NCBI RefSeq assembly: GCF_040938485.1
Contig: NW_027271303.1
Location: 186,001-250,000, forward strand
DNA: 64,000 nt
From: Diadema antillarum
Lineage: Eukaryota
Reading direction: 5' to 3'
How positions within the stretch are numbered: position 1 is the first letter of the stretch; every line of letters starts with the position of its first letter. Shown here piece after piece: positions 13,101 to 24,170 of the stretch. The notes beneath the pieces were generated by a model, which saw nothing but the letters and a program-made list of their open reading frames with translations, made no database searches and was not told the DNA's origin. The position numbers and the translations under genes were made by a program.

Positions 13101-16100
13101 GGTCAAAGGTCAGGGGTCAACAGTCAAGGTCAACTCCTCAAAATATCACTACTTTCCTTATATTTATGCAATGCCTGAAGAATTTTTTTAAAAACTTGAT
13201 GTATGCATGTATAACCCAATATATATTCTGTGGGAAATTTCTTGTCAAAGGTCAAAAGGTCACAGGTCAAGTGAAAGTGCTAAATTGCACTTCCTTCATA
13301 TCTCAAAAGTAACTCAAGGTATTATCATGAAACTTACATATTTATGCATGTTCTACCTAACAGTGATTCTCTTTGGAACTGTGAGGTCAGAGGTCAAAGG
13401 CCAGGTTTAGATAATACTATTTTATCATTTGATACTGAAATTATACTTTTTCTCAATACCTTGAAAATTACTCAATGCATAAACTTATAAAAGGGTCAAA
13501 AGTCAAGTAAAAATCATCAGTTCCCCCAAATACCTGCACTCTGACGTTTTAATTATTCATCCAATTGAACCTAATTCTAGGAAAGTGAACATTCAGTACA
13601 TTTGTGGCAAACCTGTCATTTCAATATTTTGCCAGTTGTGTGAAACTGACATCACACATTGTCAAGACATTGCACTATGGACCTATTAGGAGAACCATGC
13701 ATTATTGCGGAGGCATACACCAGTCGCCGTAGCGACATTTCTAGTTTGCATCTTTTGCATGTTTGTTGTTTGTTTGTGTGTGTGTTTGTTTGTTTTTTCA
13801 TCTAGATCCCCATTGTATTAGCCAGCATGATAAGTCAGTGCTCCTGATAAAATTTTCTCTATTATGGCTTGGTATTCTGTGTTCAGCAGTTTTATGCATT
13901 TAAATAGCTTTTCTGGTGTTTTAAGGAGCCAATAAATGAACAAAATGATAAACACAAATCCCGTTGTTTAGTGTTTCTGACATTATATTCATTTGCATGC
14001 ATTGCATACAATTGGTCTTCTTCATCGCAATGTTTGTGCCACCAGTATCCACCTGCGCAGATGTTGTACCAGGTTTGCTGACACCAGACAGCACCCCCAC
14101 CAAAACTCCCATACCGCCCGACCGTCGCCAGTCCCCTTCTCCGGATGCGACTCTGCCCTATCCCCTGGAGGAGGCTTCCCCGGGCAATAATTCCATCTCC
14201 ATGCCGGCTGGGGACGTCGGGAAAAGAGGAGGTGAACAGCTGGGTCCCTCTGTTGACTCACCTTGTCCGACCCGAAGGACGTCACCCCGAAAAGGCAACG
14301 AATCTGTCACCGACAATGCCCAATCGTTCACCCTGCTGACTGGGGACGCTGGGGAAGGAGGAGGGGAACAGCTGGGTCCCTCCGTCGACTCACCTCGTCC
14401 AGCCCGAAGGACATCGGCCCAAAAAGCCATCAACTTTTTTGCCAACAATTTCCAGTCGGTCACAGAGCAATCAGGTGAAGTGCTATTCTTCTACAGCCAC
14501 AAATTGAATGTTCAATCTCCTTAGATTCATTTTCCACATACAATGTACATTGTACATAGGGGGGGGGGGGGGGGCCAAACTGTTATTTTCCATTTATATC
14601 TTAATTGAAGAACAGAGTCCTAGTTTTTGCTTTGTTTGTTTATTAAAATTTTCCTTTGAGCAGCATGGGGACGACACTGTTTCCAGCTAGAAACTGTGAA
14701 CCAGTGAGTGATACATGACCAATAAATCAAACAAACAATATGTGCCATAATGTGATCACAAGTTTGAGAAGCATGATCCTGAACGAGTATTGAGATGCAA
14801 AATTTGAAGAAACCCACTTTTCTTATCATATATCAATTTTGTTTTTTTCTGAACATTATCCCGCTACTGTTGATTTTGTATCAGTGCATTGATAGCAAAA
14901 TCGGTAAGGAAGCTTTCATTTCATGCCTTTTCCTTTGAATACATACTTGTATATGATAGATTCATATTGTCCAATGTACAGTGGACTCCTGTTATAACGA
15001 AGTCCTTGGGACCAGCAATTTCCTTTTGTTATATTGAAATTTCATTATATCTGAACAAATAAACAATAAAAAAACATAGAAATGATATGGTTGCAGCCTG
15101 AAATTTTATTTCGTTGTAACCAGAATTTTGTTTTAACCATGGTTGTTATAACGGGAGTGCACTGTATTGTAAAACAGCCACATAGCTCAAGGAATTGTAC
15201 ATGTATATGTATATATCTGCTGATTTGGACTAATTGTATTTCTTCAGGTACCGGTAAACTCTTTTTATATATGTAAGCAATTTTCACTATAGTGTGTAAA
15301 TATTGCTGTATTTCTGATAAAATGTGGTAATATGAACTGTTTTCTTTTGAAAAAAAAAAAAATGACACCTCGTAGGCAAGGATTCTGGGCGACAAAGGAA
15401 ATTTGGCGATACAGTGGAATCGCCAGTGTCTAGTCGAACAGAAACAGGGCCCAAGAAGTCACGACGAGGTCGCAGAGGAAGGAAGGCTGGCGCCAAGTCT
15501 GGAACCCCAAAGGCCCATTCAACTCAAAAGTAAGGGGATGGTGAAGCGCGTCATGATATTTACAGTGTGGAATACTGTAAATCCAGAAACATTCGCATTA
15601 GATCATGAAACTCTTGTGATTTGGAGGTGACAGCATTTTTCACGGCATGGAACTTTTGTGAATTGCCAACCATGACGGTCTATGGCTTTGTAGTGACATT
15701 CATTCAGTGCCTTGTGTAGCCAAAACTTTTCATGTACAGTTAACTTTCACCAGTCTCGGCTCCTAGCAAAGTTTCATTCACTCAAAAAAATTGCTGGTTT
15801 TTCAGTACTATGATGTTGTGTTTTCTTTACCTTCAACATCAGTAAGAAAACACAGCAAAATCAAACATATGTCAAAGTTTAATGGGTTCAGCATCTTGAG
15901 AGAGGGCCAGAGTGAGAGTGAGGGCTAGAATTTGTAAAATAACCAATAAAGCAATAGTGACTTGACTTCTACAAGCTGCCTCCTATTTTCAAACAACAAA
16001 AACAAAAACCTCTCATGTAGATGCTCAGTTCTTCTTCTACCTGCTGTTACCTTTTTCAGACTTTGCTTTATTGTGCAAAGTACACCTTGTATAATCAAAT

Positions 16101-19100
16101 GTCATGTAATGAATTTACTTGTAGTCTTAACATGTTACTTTCCAAATAGGAGTGGTTACATTCAACATGACATTTAGCTGCATAGTACAGTGCACTCCCA
16201 TTATTGCGAAGTCATTGGGACTTGTAGTTTTCTTTCGCTGTATTAAAATTTCATTATAACCAGACAGTAAAGTGTAGGCAGATGGCATAGATGATTATTT
16301 TAGGACATGAATTTTTACTTCATTATATCGAGAATTTTGTTATAACCAGATTTATTACAGTAGGAGTGCACTGTAACAACATGATATCCAAAGTCTTCAT
16401 ATGTATCCTTTTGAAGCTGAGGACCTTGTGCTGTAAATCCTATAAAATGAAATTGCCATTACTGCATGTAAATTGAACATTGATACAAGTTGACTTTGCA
16501 TTTCTTTTGCTTTATCAGGCGTGAGAGTGAAACAAGAGTAAAGACCATCAAGGATTTCTTCCCAGTCCGAAGAAGTGATCGACGATGTAAATCAGAGCTT
16601 GAGGTCAGTGTGAAATGACAATCACTCTGTGTTGTTTCCTCCACCAAGGAGGTTATGTTTTTCCAAGTGTTTGTTTATTTCTTTATTTGTTTTTCTGTTA
16701 CTTTATTGCAAAATAACTCCTGAAGTTATGAAAGGGTTTGGATGGAATTTTCAGAAAAGTTATTATGACACAAGGAACACATGATCTAGCTCACCATTTG
16801 GATCCAGGATATTTTTGGAAGATGGAAATCACAGTGTGGGAGCAAATGAACTGCTTGGTAGAGGTCTGCATTCTTCAAGTGATTTTCAAGATTCTTGTTC
16901 TTCATTGTTTAGTTGTTGTTGTTTTTTTTTNNNNNNNNNNNNNNNNNNNNNNNNNNNNNNNNNNNNNNNNNNNNNNNNNNNNNNNNNNNNNNNNNNNNNN
17001 NNNNNNNNNNNNNNNNNNNNNNNNNNNNNNNNNNNNNNNNNNNNNNNNNNNNNNNNNNNNNNNNNNNNNNNNNNNNNNNNNNNNNNNNNNNNNNNNNNNN
17101 NNNNNNNNNNNNNNNNNNNNNNNNNNNNNNNNNNNNNNNNNNNNNNNNNNAGTAACAGTCGTAGCATCAAGTTGCAGTGCTAGTTGCAAAAGTATTAGCA
17201 GTAATAATGGTACTTGGTAAACTTGATATTATCATTGCCAGTGCTATCACTGTTATTTACTTGTCTGTCTGTCCATCTTTCTATCTATATCTATTCATCT
17301 GTCTGTCTGTCTGTCTGTCTATCAATCCATACATCTATCATTATTGTCCCCGCCGAACGAGTTCGAGCAGGGGACTATGAAACGGGCTCCATACGTGTGT
17401 GTGTCTGTGCGTCAGTCCGTGCGTCCGTCCGTCCTTGCGTCCGTCCGTGTGTGCGTCCGTGTGTGATCAAAATGTTCAATTTGCTACTTCTCTGTCATTT
17501 ATGACCCAATTTTGATTCTGTTTGCTTTATATGATAGCACTACATGGGAGCTTTAAAACTTCTACACAGAATTTCAGTTGCGACCTTTGACCTTGACCTT
17601 TGACCTATATTGTACATTTTGCTACAAAATGCTACTCCTTCGCCATTTCTAACCCGATTTCGATTCCGTTTGCTTTATATGATGGCACTAGTTGAGGGCT
17701 TCAAAACTTGTACACAGAATTTTTACCTTTGACTTCTTTGACCTTTGACCTTGATTTTTTACCTATATTGTGCATTTTGCTACAAAATGCTACTCCTTCG
17801 CCATTTCTAACCCGATTTCGATTCCGTTTGCTTTATGTGATAGCACTAGGTGAGGGCTTCAAAACTTTTGTAGACACAGAATTTTGACCTTTGTCTTCTT
17901 TGACCTTTGACCTTGATTTTTGACCTATATTGTACATTGGCTACAAAATGCTACTCCTTCGCCATTTCTAACCCAATTTCGATTCCATTTGCTTTATGTG
18001 ATGACACTAGGTGAGGGCTTCAAAACTTCTACACAGAATTTTGACCTTTGACTTCTTTGACCTTTGACCTTGATTTTTTACCTATATTGCACATTTTGGT
18101 ACAAAATGCTACTTCCGGCGGGGACATATTACGCACCGCGTAATTTCTACTTTTCCTTGTTCCATTCTTTCTCTCATCACACACCCAGGCTGAAAAGAAG
18201 GAAGCCCTCGAGGATGCCATTCTGTCAAACAGAGAAGATGGTCTGAAGGTGAGAAGTTGGTAGTGTATGGAAGAAAGGGGATGGGGGGGGGGGGGAGGTT
18301 GTCTGGCTTTTGAGGAAAAAGGTTGACTTGATGGGACAGTCAAGAAGGAGGGAGAAGAAAATGTCCTGTGTGTGAAGTTACAGCATTGTGAGCAGAAAAG
18401 GGGGCTTCTGCACCTCCAAAAGGTAAAACTCATACCCAGACTCCTTCAAGTTGACAAGCTGTTAGGAGTAGAAGGTACAAAAATGACTTTGTCAGCTATG
18501 CATGCAGTGATAGTGGTTCTTAATGTTCATGATGAAGGCTTTCTTTCTTTCCTGTCCTGTAATATACAGTTTGTATATAGCGCATACACATAGACACACA
18601 TGCACACACCAACCTGCACACGCACACTGATAGCCACTTGAGCATTTCCATACTTCGCATCCGCATTAAAGGCACTCAATCGTGGCGAGTGGTTTGTGCG
18701 GCACGGAGACGAACGCAACACGCTGCCTCCCCCATTCTGTATCAAATGTAGTGACCCCGAATGAGAATAGCGCTGACTTAATGGGTCAGCGAACAACACA
18801 CTAACCTACAAGAGCTCTATGCTACAAATCTCCTAACCCAAAATGGCTGTACGAGCGAGCCATGAGAGCTTCCGAATGGACGCACACTCTCAGTGCGCAT
18901 GCGCATGAAGAGAGGCCAAAAGAGCCACGTGTCTCCTGGCCTCTCCTCCAATCACCGCAGCTCGCGGTGACAATGTTTGTGTATGATGCGTACACCAGGC
19001 TTGGCGTACACACACGCACACACACACACGTGTCTCAGTGGCAGCATTGTCCCACACGTTTATGGATATAGCACCAAGTCTGGCATTGCGCAATTGCATG

Positions 19101-20372
19101 CACAAACTTCGGTCGTTCGGAGTTTACGTATCATAAGGGATGGCAATCGGCTGCCTTTCATCACTATACAGGAGAGTATAATATACAAGGCAACTCGGGA
19201 TAAAAAGTGTGTCATCTGTAACTGAGGATTCTTATGTTGATGAAGCCCAGTAAATTTACAAATATTAGTTGAATATAGCCCAGAACATTCTTTTGTCTTT
19301 TCAGAACCAGTGACAAAGCAGTATGTTATTTTTTATCACAGTGTATAGTGCAATGTATCTCTGTACCATATCACGTATGAATAGCAACATACTGTAGATT
19401 TATTGATATTATCCGTATTAGAAAATTACAGATAGATGGATACAAACATATGACACACTTTTGTTGTTACCTGTTAGCATGCATATTTCCAATCACCCCA
19501 GGTGGACGAAATACTTGGTAAAGGTCGCGGGGTCATCTCCACCAAGCCATTCAAGAGGGGCGACTTTGTGGTGGAGTACTACGGGGACCTCATCAGCATG
19601 CCAGAGGCCAGACAGCGGGAGGCGAAGTACCAGGAGGATCCCGAGACCGGGTGCTACATGTACTACTTTGAGCACAAGAACAGAAGCTACTGGTAAGTCT
19701 TAGTGGCCACAATTTTCGCCAGTCAGATAATGACCGTCGTCAGTATTCATATGCATGGTGGTAGCCACTCTTGTTTTTAGCCTTTTTCAAGGGCCTTCTT
19801 GCAGATGTTAGCACCGACAGTCACAAATAGAGTGAGCTCACTCTAAATGCATCAGCATGGGGGCCTTTTGAGATCTGTGAATGTGATTATTATTCATGAG
19901 GAAAGAGAAAGTGCCAACCGTTCCTACTGAATAACAACTTAGTTCAACCAGTGGAATGGCTAGATTTTACTTTCAGCAGGCAGTGGGAAATGTAGATGCA
20001 AAAGCTTCTTCAGTATTGCTTAACCAGATAGACGATTGTTGCTGGCAAAAACACTGTTAATAGCAGTCCTATGTGCAATTCAGAGGCATAGGAAAGGTTC
20101 TGTGGACCCTGTATGTTACTCTCACAAAGTGTCATTTGTGGTATTCTCCCATCCATCATAGCGTTGATGCCACGAGAGAATCAGGCCGACTGGGGCGACT
20201 CCTGAACCACAGCCGGCAGGGCAACTGCTGCACCAAACTCATCGACATCAAGGAGCGGCCGCACCTGATACTCGTGGCGAAGCAGGACATTGAAGCAGGG
20301 GAGGAGCTTGTATATGATTACGGCGACAGGAATAAGGAATCGATACAATCTCACCCCTGGCTGGCTCTATGA
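7156..20372 (+). CDS. KMT5A: Histone H4K20 monomethyltransferase (SET8/PR-Set7), about 443 aa
   Basis: Exons 7156-7168, 11643-11695, 12537-12672, 14046-14474, 15376-15529, 16519-16603, 18189-18248, 19502-19692 and 20162-20372 join in frame (1332 nt). SET domain: GKGRGVISTKPFKRGDFVVEYYGDLI...GCYMYYF...CVDATRESGRLGRLLNHS...GEELVYDYGD...HPWL. PIP-degron region IKDFFPVRRS. The N-terminal exons are less certain than the SET exons. Confidence 0.93.
7729..9022. mobile_element. Non-autonomous DNA transposon with 9-bp TSD (AcademH-like or MULE-like)
   Basis: Perfect CAAACATCA duplication at 7720-7728 and 9023-9031. Removing the insert restores the LINE frame WRVANITP. Ends TAACTGCG / CGGGGCTA, each with a GCCGCCA...TGGCGGC hairpin. 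Confidence 0.8.
8027..8162. mobile_element. 136-bp MITE with TAGCC termini (Academ-like), nested in the 9-bp-TSD element
   Basis: 29-bp TIR TAGCCTTTTGTCAAGGCCCTCTCGCTGTA and its perfect reverse complement. Flanks TGT/CGT fit a 3-bp TSD with CpG decay. Confidence 0.8.
9254..9694. mobile_element. MITE with about 80-bp TIRs, CAGT ends and 5-bp TSD
   Basis: TIR CAGTCCG(G/C)GAAACCCGCTCATGAGGA(T/C)CGCTCCCGCGTACGAGGACT. TACCT on both sides (9249-9253, 9695-9699). Repeated CCTCATGAGG palindromes and a central poly-G run. Confidence 0.85.
11446..11551. mobile_element. Eroded right end of the CCTCATGAGG MITE family
   Basis: CTCATGAG motifs; ending CTTATGAGCAGGTTTTCCATACTG resembles CTCATGAGCGGGTTTCGCGGACTG at 9671-9694. 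Confidence 0.55.
12767..13745 (+). mobile_element. Helentron-associated non-autonomous element (HINE / DINE-1-like)
   Basis: Sub-terminal inverted repeat ATGCCTCCGC / GCGGAGGCAT, 5' hairpin, (GTCC)n tract, 3' stem-loop GTCGC...GCGAC then CTAGT, in a T-rich site. Confidence 0.8.
14979..15164. mobile_element. Tc1/mariner (pogo/Tigger-type) MITE
   Basis: TA-flanked CAGTGGACTCCTGTTATAAC...GTTATAACGGGAGTGCACTG. Relatives at 16188-16373, about 24175-24357, about 25005-25365 and about 33440-33498. Confidence 0.8.
16188..16373. mobile_element. Tc1/mariner-type MITE, same family as 14979-15164
   Basis: TA CAGTGCACTCC...GGAGTGCACTG TA. Confidence 0.8.
16633..16890 (+). mobile_element. Short HINE / Helentron-type element
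   Basis: 5' TTCCTCCACCAAGGAGGTTATGTTTT and 3' CTTGGTAGAGGTCTGCATTCTTCAAGTG, i.e. sub-TIR plus stem-loop architecture, degenerate. Confidence 0.6.
17341..18151 (+). mobile_element. HINE / Helentron-type element with internal ~159-bp tandem array
   Basis: Sub-TIR TGTCCCCGCC / GGCGGGGACA, (GTCC/GTGC)n tract, 3' hairpin ATTACGC-ACC-GCGTAAT. The motif GCTACT(C/T)C recurs at about 17631, 17789, 17950 and 18108. Confidence 0.82.
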
Positions 20373-21065
20373 TAGCGAGCCAGTCCTTCTTTGACTTTCA
20401 GCACTCAGGAACGAAATTCGTTGTGTACAGATGTGCTAAAAATAATTGGGAGTGGAATCTTCCAATCTGTACAGACCCATGATTCATGCCCTCATCACTC
20501 ACATATAAAAGGTGCGATGGCTACCTCTTGCCATGTAAGCTGTAAGAGATAGCGGCCATATTCTTCCAAGTGGCTGCAAATGTTCACCTGGATGTGTGCT
20601 GGCGAGCATGGCTAAATCTCTCTATAGAAACAGGACTCAAATGTTCACAAGAGTTCTCCTCATCACAAACACGTGCGGCCGATGTTCTGGCAGTCCAATA
20701 TTACAACAGAACACGCACAATTTCTTCTCTCTTTGGGTGTGAGATGAAGTGTAGCACAGCATTTCATCAGTCTACTACAGTGGCTGTCTTCTAGACCCCA
20801 CCCATTGTGTGTGTTCAAACAGCGCTGCTCTGCCAATTTGTGTCACAGTTATTCAGGTCTCAGTAATACCCAGCTTGTCATGAGAGAACACATAATGTAG
20901 AAGCATTTTATTTACTTTGTGTGTGTGGGTGTGAGTGTGTGTGTGTGTACGTATATATGACAAGCTGTTTGCCAACGTCAGATTAATCTCATCGTCTGCC
21001 AAGAAGACTATTTTGTTTTGATTCTGTATTTTAGGGCACATGTCTAACGGTCAATGGGAAAGATT

Positions 21066-21067
<2 letters not shown>

Positions 21068-21120
<53 letters not shown>
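21068..21120. repeat. (GT)n microsatellite in probable KMT5A 3' UTR
   Basis: Directly visible. Confidence 0.9.
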
Positions 21121-21122
<2 letters not shown>

Positions 21123-21735
21123 ACAATTTTGTTCAAACCTAGAAGAGAAACACACATTGCACTGTACCTTCACAGAGAGAAGGCAAAGAACAGTGGTGTG
21201 CTTGTCAGGCACTGAGGGAAAAGAAGAATAAATGTGTTTCTTAGCCTACTTTTATACTGGTGGGATTTTCAAGCCCGTATACTTTCAAATATGAATTAGG
21301 GTAAGAAGTTGCAATAATTGTTTGTCTATGGAAATTCATAAGTTTAGAAATTCTAATAGCTAATCTCAATGGCAGTAAGACATGATATCTTAGCTTTAAA
21401 ACAGGATTCTGTAAGAAATTGTTCCCCCGAAAAAATCTGCTGTATCAGTAGGGTGTTTCAGAAGTTTTTGTTGATGCTTTAAAGACATGTGTGGTACTGG
21501 ATAGGTAATTTTACTGTTGACTTCATTCTGATTCTTTTTGTCGTTGTGTTTTTAATGAAGTGAAAATGAAGACAATCATTAATGTTGTAACATCAAGTGT
21601 TTGAAATTTAGGCTTGGCTAAGTACATGTAAGCATTTCACAAAGCCATGGCTAAAAGAAAAAGAGTGAAGAGAATATGAAATGAATTTTGTGAATAGCCT
21701 TGTCATAGTTGTTCAGTTATGATCTCAATTTGCTT

Positions 21736-22722
21736 TTTATACTTCTGCCAGAGGCATTGTGTGTTTGTGTGTTCAGGTTGTCCATCCATCCTGTTATTCG
21801 TTCCAGATCTCAGGTTTGCAGTACTGTATAGCAGAAAAACAAAGCAGCATGTTTGGAGGACTTTGTTGGTATTTGGCCTGGGCAGGCTTCGTAAAGTGTA
21901 GGTGAGCCAAAGTTCGGAGATCAAAGGTGTTACTAAACTTTGGCTGGAAAGTAACATTTTTCAGCAGTAACTTCATTAGGGAATGTCCTGTAGAAATGTA
22001 ATTTCATAGAAGAGATAAGATTGTTGACAGGCTGTTCATATATTTGTAACATATTGTTACACATATATGCTTTAAAAAAATCACAGTCGAAAAGGCCACA
22101 GGTGAAGGTCAAAAGGTCACTGGACTCCAGTCATATCCAGGTGTCATTGATGCTAGGAATTTCTAAAAGCAAGAAGGGATGGTAATTGATAGACATTGAG
22201 TGCCGTAAAAATGACAGGGACGAGAGGCCAAAGGTCACTGAAATCTAGCGAAAAAATTAAGCTGTCATTCTCTTGTCGTGCTGTAAAAAATGATGTTTTT
22301 CGCGGCATGAAACTTTCGCGAATTGGAGCCGATGGCCTTTTTCGCGGCATGAAATTTTTGTGAGTTGCCTCTGACATTCAATGCGTATGGTGTAGAAAAG
22401 AATTTAACTTTCACATGCATTTGAATTTCACAAAATTTGCGACATTAAAATGCATGCGAACATTCCTTGTTTTACAGTAACTTCCACCAGGCGAGGTCAA
22501 TCAATGTTATCTCTGGTAATGGCTTATCAATACATTGGGGAGTACATGTATTTCTTCGGTGCAGAGAGGGTCAAAGGTCAATCTGTGGGAAACGGAAGAG
22601 AGCAATGAACTCTGCGAGTGCGGGTGAAGGGCCACTGACCCTACAGGCAGATGAAGTGATTGCATGAGAAAGCGGGGGCATCCCAGTCGACATCAATGAC
22701 ATGCTGCAGTCTGCTGCTCTAG
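21736..22722 (+). mobile_element. Old HINE-like element interrupted by a TA-flanked MITE (about 22282-22478)
   Basis: 5' hairpin followed by GTCCATCC, internal GGTCAAAGGTCA motifs, 3' GCGGGGGCATCCCAGTCGAC...CTAGT. Confidence 0.5.
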
Positions 22723-23880
22723 TCCACTTTATTTTCGGGGGAATCTTTTGGAGGTGATGTCCACATGGCCCAATGCAGTTTAAACTCTTGTCCTATACTG
22801 CTGTAGAGGAGTGTACAAACAATTGTTTAATCTATAATAATTTATGCAGAGTTTAGAAAATATATAGTTTGTGAAAGTAGCAGCATCTTGAAGAGTGCCA
22901 TTTTTTTCCTCCTGCCTGTTTTTCTCTGGCCATACTTTGTACTGTTAAAGCAACTATAAATAACTCTGGAGTATTGTATGAATTCAGTTGGATGTAGATT
23001 TCTCCAAATTCTATTCGTCTAATAATGTTGCCAGCTGAGAACCAGAAGGGTGCTACTGCTTTGGCATACTAAGAATTGAGCATTGATAAAAACTAAACAA
23101 TAAATTTTCATGAAAAAAAATGGTTAATAAATCAAAAGGGAGTACATTAATAAGCTTTGTACTAAATACTGGGTTAAAAAAAAAGCATCCATGTGGTTTT
23201 GATTTTTGAAATATTACTAAATATAAAAATGACTTAAAATTGACACCATGATGTAGAGGAGATCAAGCTCTGCAATGTGATACCAATAACTCAAAATGCC
23301 CCCAAAATTGCGATAACACCCTTCTGCTTCTCAGCTGACAGTATACAGATGTATGTGAATGAGAACCTTTATCTGCTTCACTACAATCTAGGAAGTACTG
23401 CTGGGTGGAATCACTCTCACCACCACTGCCACTACCTGTTGGTTTTATGTGTTTCGTGATGAAGTGTGAGCGGTTGTCAGTGTTAAGTTATTGCAGCAGT
23501 GCCAATTTGAATGTGTAACTCATGTAAATACTACAGTTCATGGTGAAATACTTACGTTAAGGTATTGTTTGTCATACATAAATTCATGTTCCAATGTTAT
23601 GCCTTGATCACCATGTTCATGTGTGTTGCTCTCTTTTTGAGTCCAGTTGTCAATTGATGAAAGAGTTATTACCAGTACTGATATTATGGTCAATTATTCA
23701 TACTACAGTGTAATATCATCTGGCCCGGACGGGGACAATAGATGTATTACCATCGCACTTGCCTTCAACTCATGCAATATGGTCCTTTCAACCTGCCGAG
23801 GACGGGCTGATTTTGCTATAACACGCAGTTCCCATAGACACCTGCCCAAGTATACTCGGGACTCGTCCTCAACGGGTTAA

Positions 23881-24170
23881 AGGAAACCAAAACCCCAATA
23901 TAAATGTGGATTGAGAGAAAGCAGCAATATTACAATGTAGTAGAACACATCAGTGAAAGTTTGAGGAAATCTGGGCAATCAATTTTAAAAAGTTATGAGT
24001 TTTTGAAGTTTCGGTGCCATCATCGCTGGATACGGAGACTACAGTGTACAACTACAGTCAATGACGTCTTTCTGGACAACAATATACAGAAAATACAAAG
24101 AAAATTCAACATTGTCACTTTTCCAGCACAATGGAAGAGCACTTGACTTGCCTCTTTCAAAAGGCAGGGG
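23881..24170. mobile_element. Kolobok-like TTAA-flanked element end; second copy at about 41281-41530
   Basis: TTAA AGGAAACCAAAACCC... is shared with 41281 over about 250 bp. The other end was not found. Confidence 0.4.

Noticed and set aside
18588-18820. CATAGA...TCTATG ends suggesting a P-element-like MITE
   Set aside because: The match is only 6 bp and there is no flanking duplication.
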